64,000 bases of DNA from Octopus sinensis (lineage: Eukaryota): positions 19,654,001 to 19,718,000 of the forward strand of contig NC_043024.1 of assembly GCF_006345805.1 (NCBI RefSeq), given 5' to 3'. Shown here piece after piece: positions 37,579 to 49,259 of this stretch; within the stretch, counting starts at the first letter, position 1; each line of letters opens with the position of its first letter. The position numbers were made by a program, and so were the translations under genes. A model generated the notes under the pieces. That model did no database searches and was not told the origin of the DNA. It saw only the letters and a list, made by a program, of their open reading frames with translations.

Positions 37579-38653
37579 ATATATATATATATCGATGGTA
37601 TGAGAGGTATTGATGTCACAAAGACCCCGAAGGTGTCAGGTAATGCTGAGTAAGTGCTATGGACAGACTATAGTTAAGCTCCAGGTTTGGTGATGTTATG
37701 AATGAGGAGTCCAATGTAGATTGTGTATATATAGGCGCAGAAGTGGCTGTGTGGTAAGTAGCTTGCCTACCAACCACATGGTTCCGGGTTCAGTCCCACT
37801 GCATGGTACCTTGGGCAAGTGTCTTCTACTATAGCCAACCAAAGCCTTGTGAGTGGATTTGGTAGACGGAAATTGAAAGAAGCCCGTCGTATATATGTAT
37901 ATATTTATATATATGTGTGTCTGTGTTTGTCCCCCCAACATCGCTTGACAACCGATGCTGGTGTGTTTATATCCCCGTCACTTAGCGGTTCAGCAAAAAG
38001 AGTCCAAGAGAATAAGTACTTGGCTTACAAAGAATAAGTCCCGGGGTCGAGTTGCTCGACTAAAGGCGATGCTCCAGCATGGCCTCAGTCAAATGACTGA
38101 AACAATTAAAAGAGTAAAAGAGTATATATATAAAAATTAACAGAATGAGATAAAAAAATCCAAGGCTTTGGTTGTCCCAAGGCTATAGTAGAAGACACTT
38201 GCCCAAGGTGCCATGCAGTGGGACTGAACCCGGAACCATGTGGTCTGTAAGCAAGCTACTTACCACACAGCCACTCCTACGCCTAACTTAACTTTCTTTA
38301 ATAAATTGAGCATTAATATAATTAATATAATTAAATGAACAACTTGAAATATTTATTATTCTTATTCATTAATTAATTAGCTTTGTGGTAATTTAAAATC
38401 CATTTATTCTGATCATTATTTCCAGCATTCAAAAAGCATTTTATATTCATAAAATAGAAATAATAAAAAATATATTTTATATATATATGCATGTATATTA
38501 CATGTATGTATATTTATTTTATATGTATATATTTATATGTATATGTGTGTGTGTGTATGTTTATACATATATACATGTGCAAGTACTTGTGTGTGTATTT
38601 ATATATACATGTGTATATAAATACATATATATATGTGCATGTCTGTAATATAC

Positions 38654-38691
<38 letters not shown>

Positions 38692-38821
38692 ATATAAATT
38701 ATGTGACAACAAAAGAAAGAAAGAGACCTCGATATTATGTAAATAGAGGAATTTATCTGTAAATGTAATATGTGGCAATTATTCGGTAGCCTAGATAAAG
38801 CTCGTATTTTTCCGATGGCCA

Positions 38822-38880
38822 GATAACTGAAGAGATGGCCGTGTGGATTTCCACCTGGCATCTGAACTCAGAGTTTTATC
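38822..38880 (+). ncRNA. Degenerate hammerhead-like fold inside a 34-bp inverted repeat
   Basis: Stem I GATAA/TTATC; CTGAAGA; stem II GATG/CATC; TGAA in place of GAAA; quasi-palindrome ACTC-A-GAGT. Confidence 0.5.
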
Positions 38881-38944
38881 ATGGCTACCGAATAATTGTC
38901 TCATATTACATTTACAATATATATATACATATATATACATACAT

Positions 38945-39006
<62 letters not shown>

Positions 39007-39577
39007 GACAAGGACACAAGCACATGCGCACAGAGGAACACATCGTAGAAGAACAGAATGGAGTAATTGGAGCAAGATCATACATGAAAACAAAAAGTGT
39101 CACTGAAGAGGTCACAGATGTGTGACAAAAGATTTCTGGACAATGGACATGAGTTAGAATGATAAAATAAGAACAGTAATAAACGAGTGAAGAAAAAATA
39201 TATTGTACATGTGTTTATTTAGCAAAAACAAAATGTCCGTCCCTAAATACAACATATATATATATGAGTGGAGGTGCAATGGCCCAGTGGTTAGGACAGC
39301 TGACTTGAGGTCAGAGGATCGCAGCTTTGATTCCCAGACCGGGCGTTGTGTGTGTTTATTGAGCAAAAACACCTAAAGCTCCATGAGGCTCTGGCAGGGG
39401 GTGGTGGCGACCCCTGTTGTACTCTTTCGCCCCAACTTTCTCTCACTCTCTCTTCCTGTTTCTTGAGTAACGCTGCAATGGACTGGCATCCTGTCCAGCT
39501 GGGGGGAATACATATTCCACAGAAACCGGGAAACCGGGCCCATGAGCCTAGCTAGGCTTGAAAAGGGTGATATTTAT

Positions 39578-39621
<44 letters not shown>

Positions 39622-41056
39622 TCTTTACTCTCTTTACTCTTTTACTTGTTTCAGTCATTTGACTGCGGCCATGCTAGAGCACCGCCGTTTTTTTTTAATT
39701 GAACAACTCGACCCCGGGACTTATTCTTTTGTAAGCCCAGTACTTATTCTATTGGTCTCTTTTTTTGCCGAACTGCTCGATGACGGGGACATTAACACAC
39801 CAGCATCGGTTGTCAAGCAATGCTAGGGGGACAAACACAGACACACATACATACACGCACACACATATATATACATATATACGATGGGCTTCTTTCAGTT
39901 TCCGTCTACCAAATCTACTCAGAAGGCTTTGGTCGGCCCAAGGCTATAGTAGAAGACACTTGCCCAAGGTGCCACATGGTGGGACTGAACCCGGAACCAT
40001 GTGGTTGGTAAGCAAGCTACTTACCACACAGCCACTCCTGTGCCTATTATATGTATATTATGCACCTATTATATGTATATATGTATGTATATATATGTAA
40101 TTTTCTTTTTAAATATTGCAAACTACCTAAAATAAAAATTCAAAGAAGTAACTATAATCATTTCTAATTTTCAGTCATAAGACCAACACATTTTGAGGGG
40201 AGGGGGTGAATTGATACCATCACCCCCTTGGAAATAATAACCGATTATATTGTACAAATTCTACACTTTCTATGAATAATAATTATATTAATAATAGCCA
40301 TTCTCTTCATGTAAATGAGTATAATTGCCTTCTAGATAATTAGTTTCATATCGTTAAGAGATATAATTATTTAGAAATTTATTAATTGATATAAATTGAT
40401 TGATACAAATTGGTGTGCAGGTTTATAAAGTTAGTACAACTTAGTCTCAAGGCATCTTTGAGCTCATACACCAACAATGAAAATAATTCCATCCATGACA
40501 ACCCCTACATTTTCTTATGATGCCTCTCTATCTTCTAGCCGACTCCCATTTATCACATCCACTCAGCTTTTATATTTTACTTGTCTTACTCATTATACTG
40601 TGGCCATGCTGGGGCATAACTTTGAAGGGTTTTAGCCAAAGAAATTGACCCTGGGACTGATTTTTTTACGGTCTGGTTCTTATTCCGTTGCTGAACGATT
40701 ATGTTATAGAGATGTAAACAAACCAACCCCAGTTGAGAAGTGGCAAGGGGGGAGAACACAAAATACAAGGATGCACATACATGAGTGGCTGTGTGGTAAG
40801 TAGCTTGCTTACGAATTACATGGTTCCGGGTTCAGTCCCACTGCGGGTCACCTTGGACAAGTGTCTTCTACTATAGCCTCGGGCCGACCAAAGCCTTGTG
40901 AGTGGATTTGGTAGACGGAAACTGAAAGAAGCCTGTCGTATATATGTATATATATATGTATATAACGGGAAAGTTTATGAAAATAAACAAAAGACGAAGG
41001 CAGGTGGAGTACAAACAAACAAATGTATTAGTATAGCACTCAGGAATAGAAAATGT

Positions 41057-41092
41057 CTTTTACATTTCGAGCCTACACTCTTCGACAGAAAG
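41057..41092 (-). ncRNA. Minimal hammerhead-like fold with CTGTCGA core variant
   Basis: Stem I CTTT/AAAG; CTGTCGA plus A; GAG/CTC; GAAA; ATGT (CpG-decayed ACGT); GUA. Second partial copy at 5203-5226. Confidence 0.5.
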
Positions 41093-43435
41093 GTACACAG
41101 AAAAAAACAAGGAGAGAAAAAATGCGTGTAAGAGCTAACAATCTATCATGGCGTACTGACTATATATATATATATGTGTGTATGTTTTTGTGTGTCTGTG
41201 TTTGTCCCCTCAACATTGCTTGACAACCGATGGTGGTGTGTTTACGTCCCTGTAACTTAGCGGTTCGGCAAAAGAGACCGATAGAATAAGTACTAGGCTT
41301 ACAAAGAGTAAATCGTGGGGGTCAATTTGCTCGACTAAAGGCGGTGCTCCAGCATGGCCACAGTCAAATGACTGAAACCAGTAAAAGAGTAAGAGTACAT
41401 ACATACACACAAATACATATCTTTTATCTTCTATATTTTACTTGTTTCAGTCATTAGGCTGTGGCCATGCTGGGGTCATGCCTTGAAGAATTTTTAGTCA
41501 AACAAATGAACACCAGTACTTCTTTGTCTAAAAGCCTGGTACTTATTCTATCAGTCACTTTTGTTGAACCACTAAGTTACAGGGACATGAACACACTAAC
41601 ACCAGTTGTCAAGCTGGGCTGGGGAAGACAATCACAGACATAGACATAGACACACACACATATATAAGTCCACTACGTGTGTGTATATATATATATATAT
41701 ATCCAATTACACACATATATGTATGTATGTATGTATGTATATATATATACTCTTTTACTTGTTTCAGTCATTTGACTGCGGCCATGCTGGAGCACCGCCT
41801 TTTGTCGAGCAAATCGACCCCGGGACTTATTGTTTTTGTAAGCCCAGAAGTTATTCTATCGGTCTCTTTTGCCGAACCGCTAAGTGACGGGGACATAAAC
41901 ACACCAGCATCGGTTGTCAAGCAATGCTAGGTGGACAAACACAGACACAAGATTCCTTATTAAGAAGTTGTCCTTAATTGCTATATATATATATATATAT
42001 ATACATTTATACGACGGGCTTCTTTCAGTTTCCGTCTACCAAATCCACTCACAAGGCTTTGGTCGACCCGAGGCTATAGTAGAAGACACTTGCCCAAGGT
42101 GCCACGCAGTGGGACTGAACCCGGAACCATGTGGCTGGTAAACAAGCTACTTACCACACAGCCACTCCTGCGCCTTACTCTTTACTTTTTTTTTTACTTC
42201 TTTACTTGTTTCAGTCATTTGACTGCGACCATGCTGGAGCACCGCCTTAAGTCGAGCAAATCGACCCCGGGACTTATTCTTTGTAAGCCCAGTACTTATT
42301 CTATCAGTCTCTTTTGCCGAACCACTAAGTGATGGGGACATAAACACACCAGCATCGGTTGTCAAGCAATGCTAGGGGGACAAACACAGACACACAAACA
42401 CATACACACATATACATATATATATATACATATATACGACAGGCTTCTTTCAGTTTCCGTCTACCAAATCCACTCACAAGGCTTTGGTCGGCCCGAGGCT
42501 ATAGCAGAAGACACTTGCCCAAGATGTCACGCAGTGGGACTGAACCCGGAACCATGTGGTTGGTAAGCAAGCTACTTACCACACAGCCACTCCTGCGCCT
42601 TATTTTTGTTTCCATCTACCAAATCCATACAAAAGGCTTTGGTCAGCCTGAGGCTGTAGAAGACACATGACCAAAGGGCCACACAGTGGTACTGAACCTT
42701 TTTTGCCAGATTTCTAATTTAAGCACAGGGCCACAATTAGGATGTGAATCAGTACCATCATCTCCTGTATGGGACTAGTGCTTTATTTTATGTGCCAATA
42801 AATTAAGTACCAGTTGCGTACTGGGGTCGATCTAATCAACTGTTCCCCTCCCCAAAAATTTCGGGCCTTGTGCCTAGAGTAGAAAAGAATCTTGGAAAGA
42901 AGAAAGACAAAGCTGGCCTCGGTGAGATTTGAACTCAGAATGCAAAGTTCTTGAATAAATGACCCCAAGATGCTTTTCTCTGATGCTCTAAATGTCCTGC
43001 AAACTACTTGCACATCCAAGTGCCACCAGTCAAAAACTCAGCATACTGGAAGCTAGCAAGTGTATGGGGTCATCAGGAGAGAATGCGCGCCGTTTCGGGG
43101 CCTACCTCTCGATGACATCAATGCGCACCGGCCCCCCCTCACCGATATAAGGCCCCGCTTGATAGATCAGCTGGTTATCAAATTAAGCTCAATATCCTTC
43201 AAGCCATCGCACATCGTCTCTTTTTAACCAAATCCAGATGTCTAGTCTTCTCCTCTGTAGATTGGATATCAGTCATGGTGGTATTGACTTTACGATGAGT
43301 TAGGCCTAGCGATAACAACAGTCGTCTCACACTGTGTCCAATTCTGCCAATCTATCATTTAATTCCACAGTCACTTCAAATCATTGGTGAGATTTAATTA
43401 GCTTTTGATGGTTTCTTTTTTCTTTTTATTTTTAG

Positions 43436-43549
43436 TTCCACCTGTGATATTGCTACCAATCGGACATGTTATTGCGGAAGAAAATTCTACCAAAGTTTTG
43501 AACTGTCAAGTTTATGGTGACCCGCACCCACTGGTTTTTTGGGCTAAAG
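43436..43549 (+). CDS. Internal coding exon, first half of Ig domain B
   Basis: Long pyrimidine tract plus tttag, gtaatc donor, 114 nt (phase 1 to 1). (V)PPVILLPIGHVIAEENSTKVLNCQVYGDPHPLVFWAK. Confidence 0.92.
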
Positions 43550-43658
43550 GTAATCATTATACTTTTTAATTGCTTGTTGGTAGAATGTGGAGCATATAAA
43601 TCATTTTTTTCCCATTCATTTTGATTTCATTCCTTCTTCTCGAGCCATGCCTGGCTTA

Positions 43659-43986
43659 AGTTAAGTTAAGTTAAGTTAATTTTTTGGCTCAAAAAGCAAA
43701 AAGCAAGGCCATGGAATTATGTACAGGGAGGGTGTTCATGCAAAGAGTTCAGGCCATTTCTGGTCAAGAGAGACTTTGAACCGAGCAGTTGTCGGCATCT
43801 TCACTATCTCGTCTAGCAGCTTATTCCACGGAACCGCAACCCGGACGGAGAAAGCCCTTCTCCTTCGATTGAGGTGAAATCGTCGCAGATAGAGCTTTGT
43901 GGAGTGACCCCGCAGCTGACGGTCTGGAGCAGGAGTGAAGAACAGCTCTTTCGAGAGGTTACACTTTCCGCTTATGATGTTGTGAG
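43659..43986 (-). mobile_element. CR1-type LINE 3' fragment nested in a family B SINE
   Basis: Minus strand ATHNIISGKCNLSKELFFTPAPDRQLRGHSTKLYLRRFHLNRRRRAFSVRVAVPWNKLLDEIVKMPTTARFKVSLDQKWPELFA* (RGH..KL, RV...WN.L, FK..LD motifs); (TTAAC)n tail; 7-bp TSD TGGCTTA. Confidence 0.85.
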
Positions 43987-45452
43987 TGGCTTATAATGGC
44001 CGGTTTCCTGGTTTCCATGGTGTATAGGTTCCCCACCTGGACGGGACGCCAGTCCATCACAGGTGACCTGCAAGATGCAGGAGGAAAGAGTGAGAGAAAG
44101 TTGTGGCGAAAGAGTCAGCAGAAGTTCGCCATTACCTTCTGCCGGAGCTGCATGGAGCTTAGGTGTTTCCTGGTCTGAGATTCGAACCTGCGATCCCTCG
44201 ACCGAGAGTCCGCTGCTCTAACCACTAGGCCATGTGCCTCAACCATTTTGATTTCATTGACAATTAATAAAATATATTTTTTTAGAATACGAGGAAATTA
44301 AAATGGATGGGAATACGAGGAAATTAAAATGGATGGGAAAAATAGTTTTAGGCTTAGCATTTTGTCTTCCATTCTGTTGTCTATTGTAGATGAGATACCA
44401 TTACCAACTCTCAACAGAAGACAAAAAGTATTTTTGCCTTCTATCTGTTGTCAATTGTTGCAATGGGATTCTGTTACTAACCAATAATAGTGGATTAAAA
44501 GCTTTTACTTTTTTCCATCTATCCATTATTTATTACCATTAGAAACTGTAAATCACATAAAAAGTTCTATATTCTAGGTGTAGGAGTGGCTGTGTGGTAA
44601 GTAGCTTGCTTACAAACCACATGGTTCCGGGTTCAGTCACACTGCGTGGCACCTTGGCCAAGTGTCTTCTACTATAGCCTTGGGCCAACCAAAGCCTTGT
44701 AAGTGAATTTGGTAGACAGAAACTGAAAGAAGCCCGTCGTATATATGTATGTATGTGTGTGTATATGTTTGTCCCCCCAACATTGCTTCACAACCGATGC
44801 TGGTGTGTTTACGTCCCCGTAACTTAGCGGTTCAGCAAAAGAGATCGATAGAATAAGTGCTAGGCTTACAAAGAATAAGGCCTGGGGTCGATTTGCTTGA
44901 CTAAAGGTGGTGCTCCAGCATGGCCGCAGTCAAATGACTGAAACAAGTAAAAGGGTAAAAAGTTCTATGCTTACTCATGTGTAAGTCACGCTATTTTAAC
45001 CTTGATTCTAAATGAAAACCCTGGGGTACCTATCCATGAGATCATACCAAAACTATGAAGGGAAAACATTTTATACCAAGATTATCCCCGACGAGCCTCC
45101 GTACCGGTGGCACATAAAAAGCACCATCCGATCGTGGCTATTTGCCAGCCCTGTCTGGCCCCCTTGCCGGTGGCACGTAAAAAGCACCATCCGATCGTGG
45201 CCGTTTGCCAGCCTTGTCTGGCATCTGTGCCGGTGGCACGTAAAAGGCACCCACTACACTCACGGAGTGGTTGGCATTAGGAAGGGCATCCAGCCATAGA
45301 AACACTGCCAGATCAGACTGGAGCCTGATGCAGCCTTCTAGCTTCCCAGACCCTAGTTGAACCATCCAACCCATGCTAGCATGGAAAGCGGACACTAAAT
45401 GATGATGATAATGATGATGATGATTTAATTCTAAATTCGAGGTGCAACTTAT

Positions 45453-45505
45453 ATGCAAATACAGTTTATATGCAAATGCAACTTATATGCAAATTATATG
45501 CAAAT
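45453..45505 (+). promoter_or_regulatory. Cluster of four perfect ATGCAAAT octamer motifs
   Basis: Motifs start at 45453, 45470, 45487 and 45498; function not shown. Confidence 0.35.
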
Positions 45506-45637
45506 GAAACTTATACATGAATATAGGGGATATTTTTCTGTCTATCTGTTGTCTTTTGTTGCAGATGGGGTACCATTGTTAACCCTCACTAGTGTATTAA
45601 AAATATTTTTCTTTTTGCCTGTTGTCTTTCGTTGCAG

Positions 45638-45793
45638 ATGGGGTACCATTGCTGACGATCAATAGCAGATTAAAAGTTTTAGACACCGGACTAAAGATCA
45701 TCAATATCTCCCATGCTGATGAAGGAAATTACACCTGTACAGCTGTAAATGATGCTGGCAACCAATCAACTACAGGTGTTCTTTCAATTGAAG
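45638..45793 (+). CDS. Internal coding exon, second half of Ig domain B
   Basis: gttgcag acceptor, gtgaga donor, 156 nt (phase 1 to 1). (D)GVPLLTINSRLKVLDTGLKIINISHADEGNYTCTAVNDAGNQSTTGVLSIE. The four exons give two tandem I-set domains; the family (peroxidasin-, Robo-, hemicentin-like etc.) cannot be fixed from two domains. Confidence 0.92.
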
Positions 45794-46005
45794 GTGAGAT
45801 CTAATTTCATTGTACTTCCAAGAATTCATATATATATGAAGGAGTGGCTGTGTGGTAAGTAGCTTGTTTAACAACCACATGGTTCCGGGTTCAGTCCCAC
45901 TGCGTGGCACCTTGGGCAAGTGTCTTCTACTATAGCCTCGGGCCAACCAAAGCCTTGTGAGTGGATTTGGTAGACAGAAACTGAAAGAAGCCCGTCGTAT
46001 ATATG

Positions 46006-46039
<34 letters not shown>

Positions 46040-46294
46040 TGTATGTGTGTGTTTGTGTGTCTGTATTCTTTATAATATTAATGTAGAATATAGAATATAC
46101 AGTATAAATAATATATATATAGTCAGATGAAATGAAGTATTGATTGTCTTATATATATAAGCTTAACAAAATGTAAGTATTGAGGCTGGTTCATTCAACT
46201 AAAAAGGTGTCGCCCCAGCATGGCCACAGTATAATGCCTGAAACAAAAATAAAAGATAACAAGCAGATATCAGCATCGCACTTAACATAACAAA

Positions 46295-46686
46295 TCTCTC
46301 TCTATATAAAGCTGAAGTTGTCTGGTATGGCAGGTTTGGTAGCCTTCAACTGACACTATCTCCTCTGAGACCCTGTGGCGCAAGTTGACCAAAATTGAGA
46401 GTATGATAGAAGACGGCTTGCTCTTCCTTCCGAAGAAGAAAAAAATTCAAATTGGACCATGTTAACACCAAAAATTATTTACATCAAAATGGTGCTTTTT
46501 TCTATGAAAATCCCTATTTTTTACGATTTGTTTGACTGTTGTGTCGCCATTTTTCGGTGTATTTCAACCAGAAAAATGTTCACTTAAAGAGAATAACAAG
46601 CTACATAATGCAAAATTTTTACTTTTCAAAAATTCCAATTCTAAAGGGTGGAAACAAACCCGAACAACGCCGGGCGATACTGCTAG
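46295..46686 (+). mobile_element. Non-autonomous Helitron, family H1
   Basis: 5' TC after A, 3' CTAG preceded by a GC hairpin (CCCG..CAACGCCGGG), no TSD; second copy in reverse at 50851-51240. Confidence 0.8.
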
Positions 46687-47084
46687 TCTTTATATATAAA
46701 AGTATGGGTGTGTGTCTGTTTCCTACGATTTAAATTCCTAACTACTCCCACATTTTGCGGTGCAGTTTAACCAAAACCAGGTATCTTATAGTCGTGATTC
46801 ATATCGAGCCCTTCTGGGTATTAGCGCGCGTCTATGATGAGTCTACGATTTAAAAAAAATTTACCATCATTTTTTTCCATTTTAATGCATTTTTTTCGCT
46901 ATTATATAAGGGAAGTAACTCTCTAAAAATGTCTACGATGAGTCACCGATTTTTTAAAAAATTTATCATCATTTTTTTTCCATTTTTAATGCATTTTTTT
47001 CCTATTTCTTGGCTATAACTCTCTAAAAATGCTTATATAGTTATTTCCCTTACAAACCCAAGCAACGCCGGGCGATACTGCTAG
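46687..47084 (+). mobile_element. Non-autonomous Helitron, family H2, abutting H1
   Basis: Starts TCTTTATATATAAAAG, ends GCAACGCCGGGCGATACTGCTAG before T; same 3' terminus as H1 but a different body with an internal ~100-bp duplication. Confidence 0.75.
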
Positions 47085-47929
47085 TTTGTTATAAAAGCAA
47101 ACAAACCAATTACGTTTTTTTTTTGTTTTTTTTTTGCTTTTTATTCCCATTAAGATTACCAATTCCATTGCTGGCTCTACTCTTATGACATGCATTTGTC
47201 TGGAAGTGTATTTGGATTTGTCGCAGAACATTTACTCAATAAAACAAGGTTTTCTCAATCCCTTTACAGCAGTGGAACATGATGTGAATAGATTTCCATC
47301 ATGAAATCCGATGTAATTTTCACGGAGAAACACATATTCTTTGTTATGAATATTTATAATTCGGAAATGTCTAACACTGATACAAACTGTATCATTATTC
47401 AAATGTAATTAGAATTGTGATCATGCTTCATAAACAAATCTTTGGAGATATGTTTATATTTGCAGGAATCTATGGACCGAGGGCATTTCCTTTATTACCA
47501 TGATAAATAACACTTTTTGGAGCAATTTAACATTTTTCATGGAAAATTCCAAAGAAAGGATATATTTTATATTGACAACTGAACTAATGGCATTTATATT
47601 CATTCAGATATATTGTCCCATTTTTAGGAAAACATTTTTATTACAACAGCTATCCTTCCTTCCTTTCTTCCTTCCTTCCTTTCTTCCTTCCTTCCTTTCT
47701 TCCTTCCTTCCTTCTGCATTGCTGTATAAAATAACAACTATAGTTTCATTTTCTTTAATTTGATCCTTTTTTTTTTCCTTTTGCAGTTTCTAAAAGCATG
47801 ATAAAAATTTTGTAGAGGGGTTGTCTGGGGTTAGGACGATAATTAAATAACAGAAATAAGAAGAATTTCAATTCTATTTTCCTCGTGTCAAATGTTACCG
47901 ACATAAATTTCTAATCTGTATTCTCTCGA

Positions 47930-48900
47930 ATTACGGAGATGTACTTGCATAGCAAGTGACCTGATCTGAGATCGTGTGCTGGAACAAAAACAATTGCAGC
48001 GTGGAAGGTGTTTATAAGCCATTTAAGAAACACACAAAAGCCGTTCGATTCACTTCAACATTTAAGTTTAATTTGTCAAAATATTTTCGTCGCTTTGAGA
48101 TCGCGACCTGTTCACTGACAAAGCTTTGTGCTGCATATATATATATATATATTACGGAGATGTACTTGCATAGCAAGTGATTTGATCTGAGATCGTGTGC
48201 TGAAACAAAAACAATTGCAGCGTGGAAGGTGTTTGTAAGCCATTTAAGAAACACACAAAAGCCGTTCGATTCACTTCAACATTTAAGTTTAATTTGTCAA
48301 TACATACATACATACATACATACATACATACATACGTATATATATTTAACCTGAACTAACTAGATGTAAGGGAGGAAAAAAAAGAACAAGTATTAGTAAA
48401 ACAAAAGTTTTGTGATATAGAGATAAATGTCTGATAATAGGTTTTAGGGTTTTGTTTTGGGGGTGAGGGTCGTAAATTCACTTCCTAGTTTCGGGCGGGG
48501 GGGAAGGTTGAAATTTGATATTATTGTGATGAGTGGTCAGTCTACATCTATCCATCACTACAGGTTTATAGCTCTAAGTTTATAGTGTGTATGTGCGTGC
48601 ATATACACACACATACTTACATATATACATACATACATACATGCATACATACATACACACAGGCGTATGTACGTACATACATACATGCGTGTATACATAA
48701 ATACACACATACATATGTACATATATATGATGAACTAACTGTTACTTTCTCAGATGCAGCACGGATTTTTGTCAGTGAACAGGTCGCGGATTTTAGCGAC
48801 GAAAATATTTTGACAAATTAAACTTAAATGTTGAAGTGAATCGAACAGCTTTTGTGTGTTTCTTAAATGGCTTACAAACACCTTCCACTCTGCAATTGTT
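47930..48900. repeat. Unclassified ~200-bp repeat in direct, direct, inverted arrangement
   Basis: Direct copies start at 47930 and 48151 (period 221, joined by (TA)n); inverted copy at 48754-48900. Confidence 0.8.
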
Positions 48901-49259
48901 CTCTCAAATTGTCTCCAAGAAATATTAATCCAGGGATTGAACTTGGCAACTCCTCATCTTGAACATGGAACTATTACAGATTCCTAATCAATATTCTCTG
49001 AAATTAAGGGGGTGAACCAGCAGAATCCTTACTGTGCCAGGGGAAAATGCTGTGTGACATTCCTTCCTACTTTACGTTCTGAGTTTAAATGATGCTAGGG
49101 TCGACTTTGCTGTTCGTTCTTTCATGATCGATAAAATAGATAGCAGTTAAGCACTGGGGTCAATGTAATAGACTCACCCCTTTCCCTGAAATTGCTGGCC
49201 TTGTGCCAAAATTTGAAAGCAACATTTACTGAAATTCTCTTTGAATTAAAGACATAGAC

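Noticed and set aside
43070-43105. Type II hammerhead on the minus strand (GAAA…TTC…CTGATGA), likewise at 54215-54250
   Set aside because: No pairing to form stem II and only about 4 nt between the putative cleavage site and the core, so stem I cannot form.
3627-45793. Assigning a gene symbol (peroxidasin, Robo, hemicentin, Dscam)
   Set aside because: Two generic I-set domains are not diagnostic.
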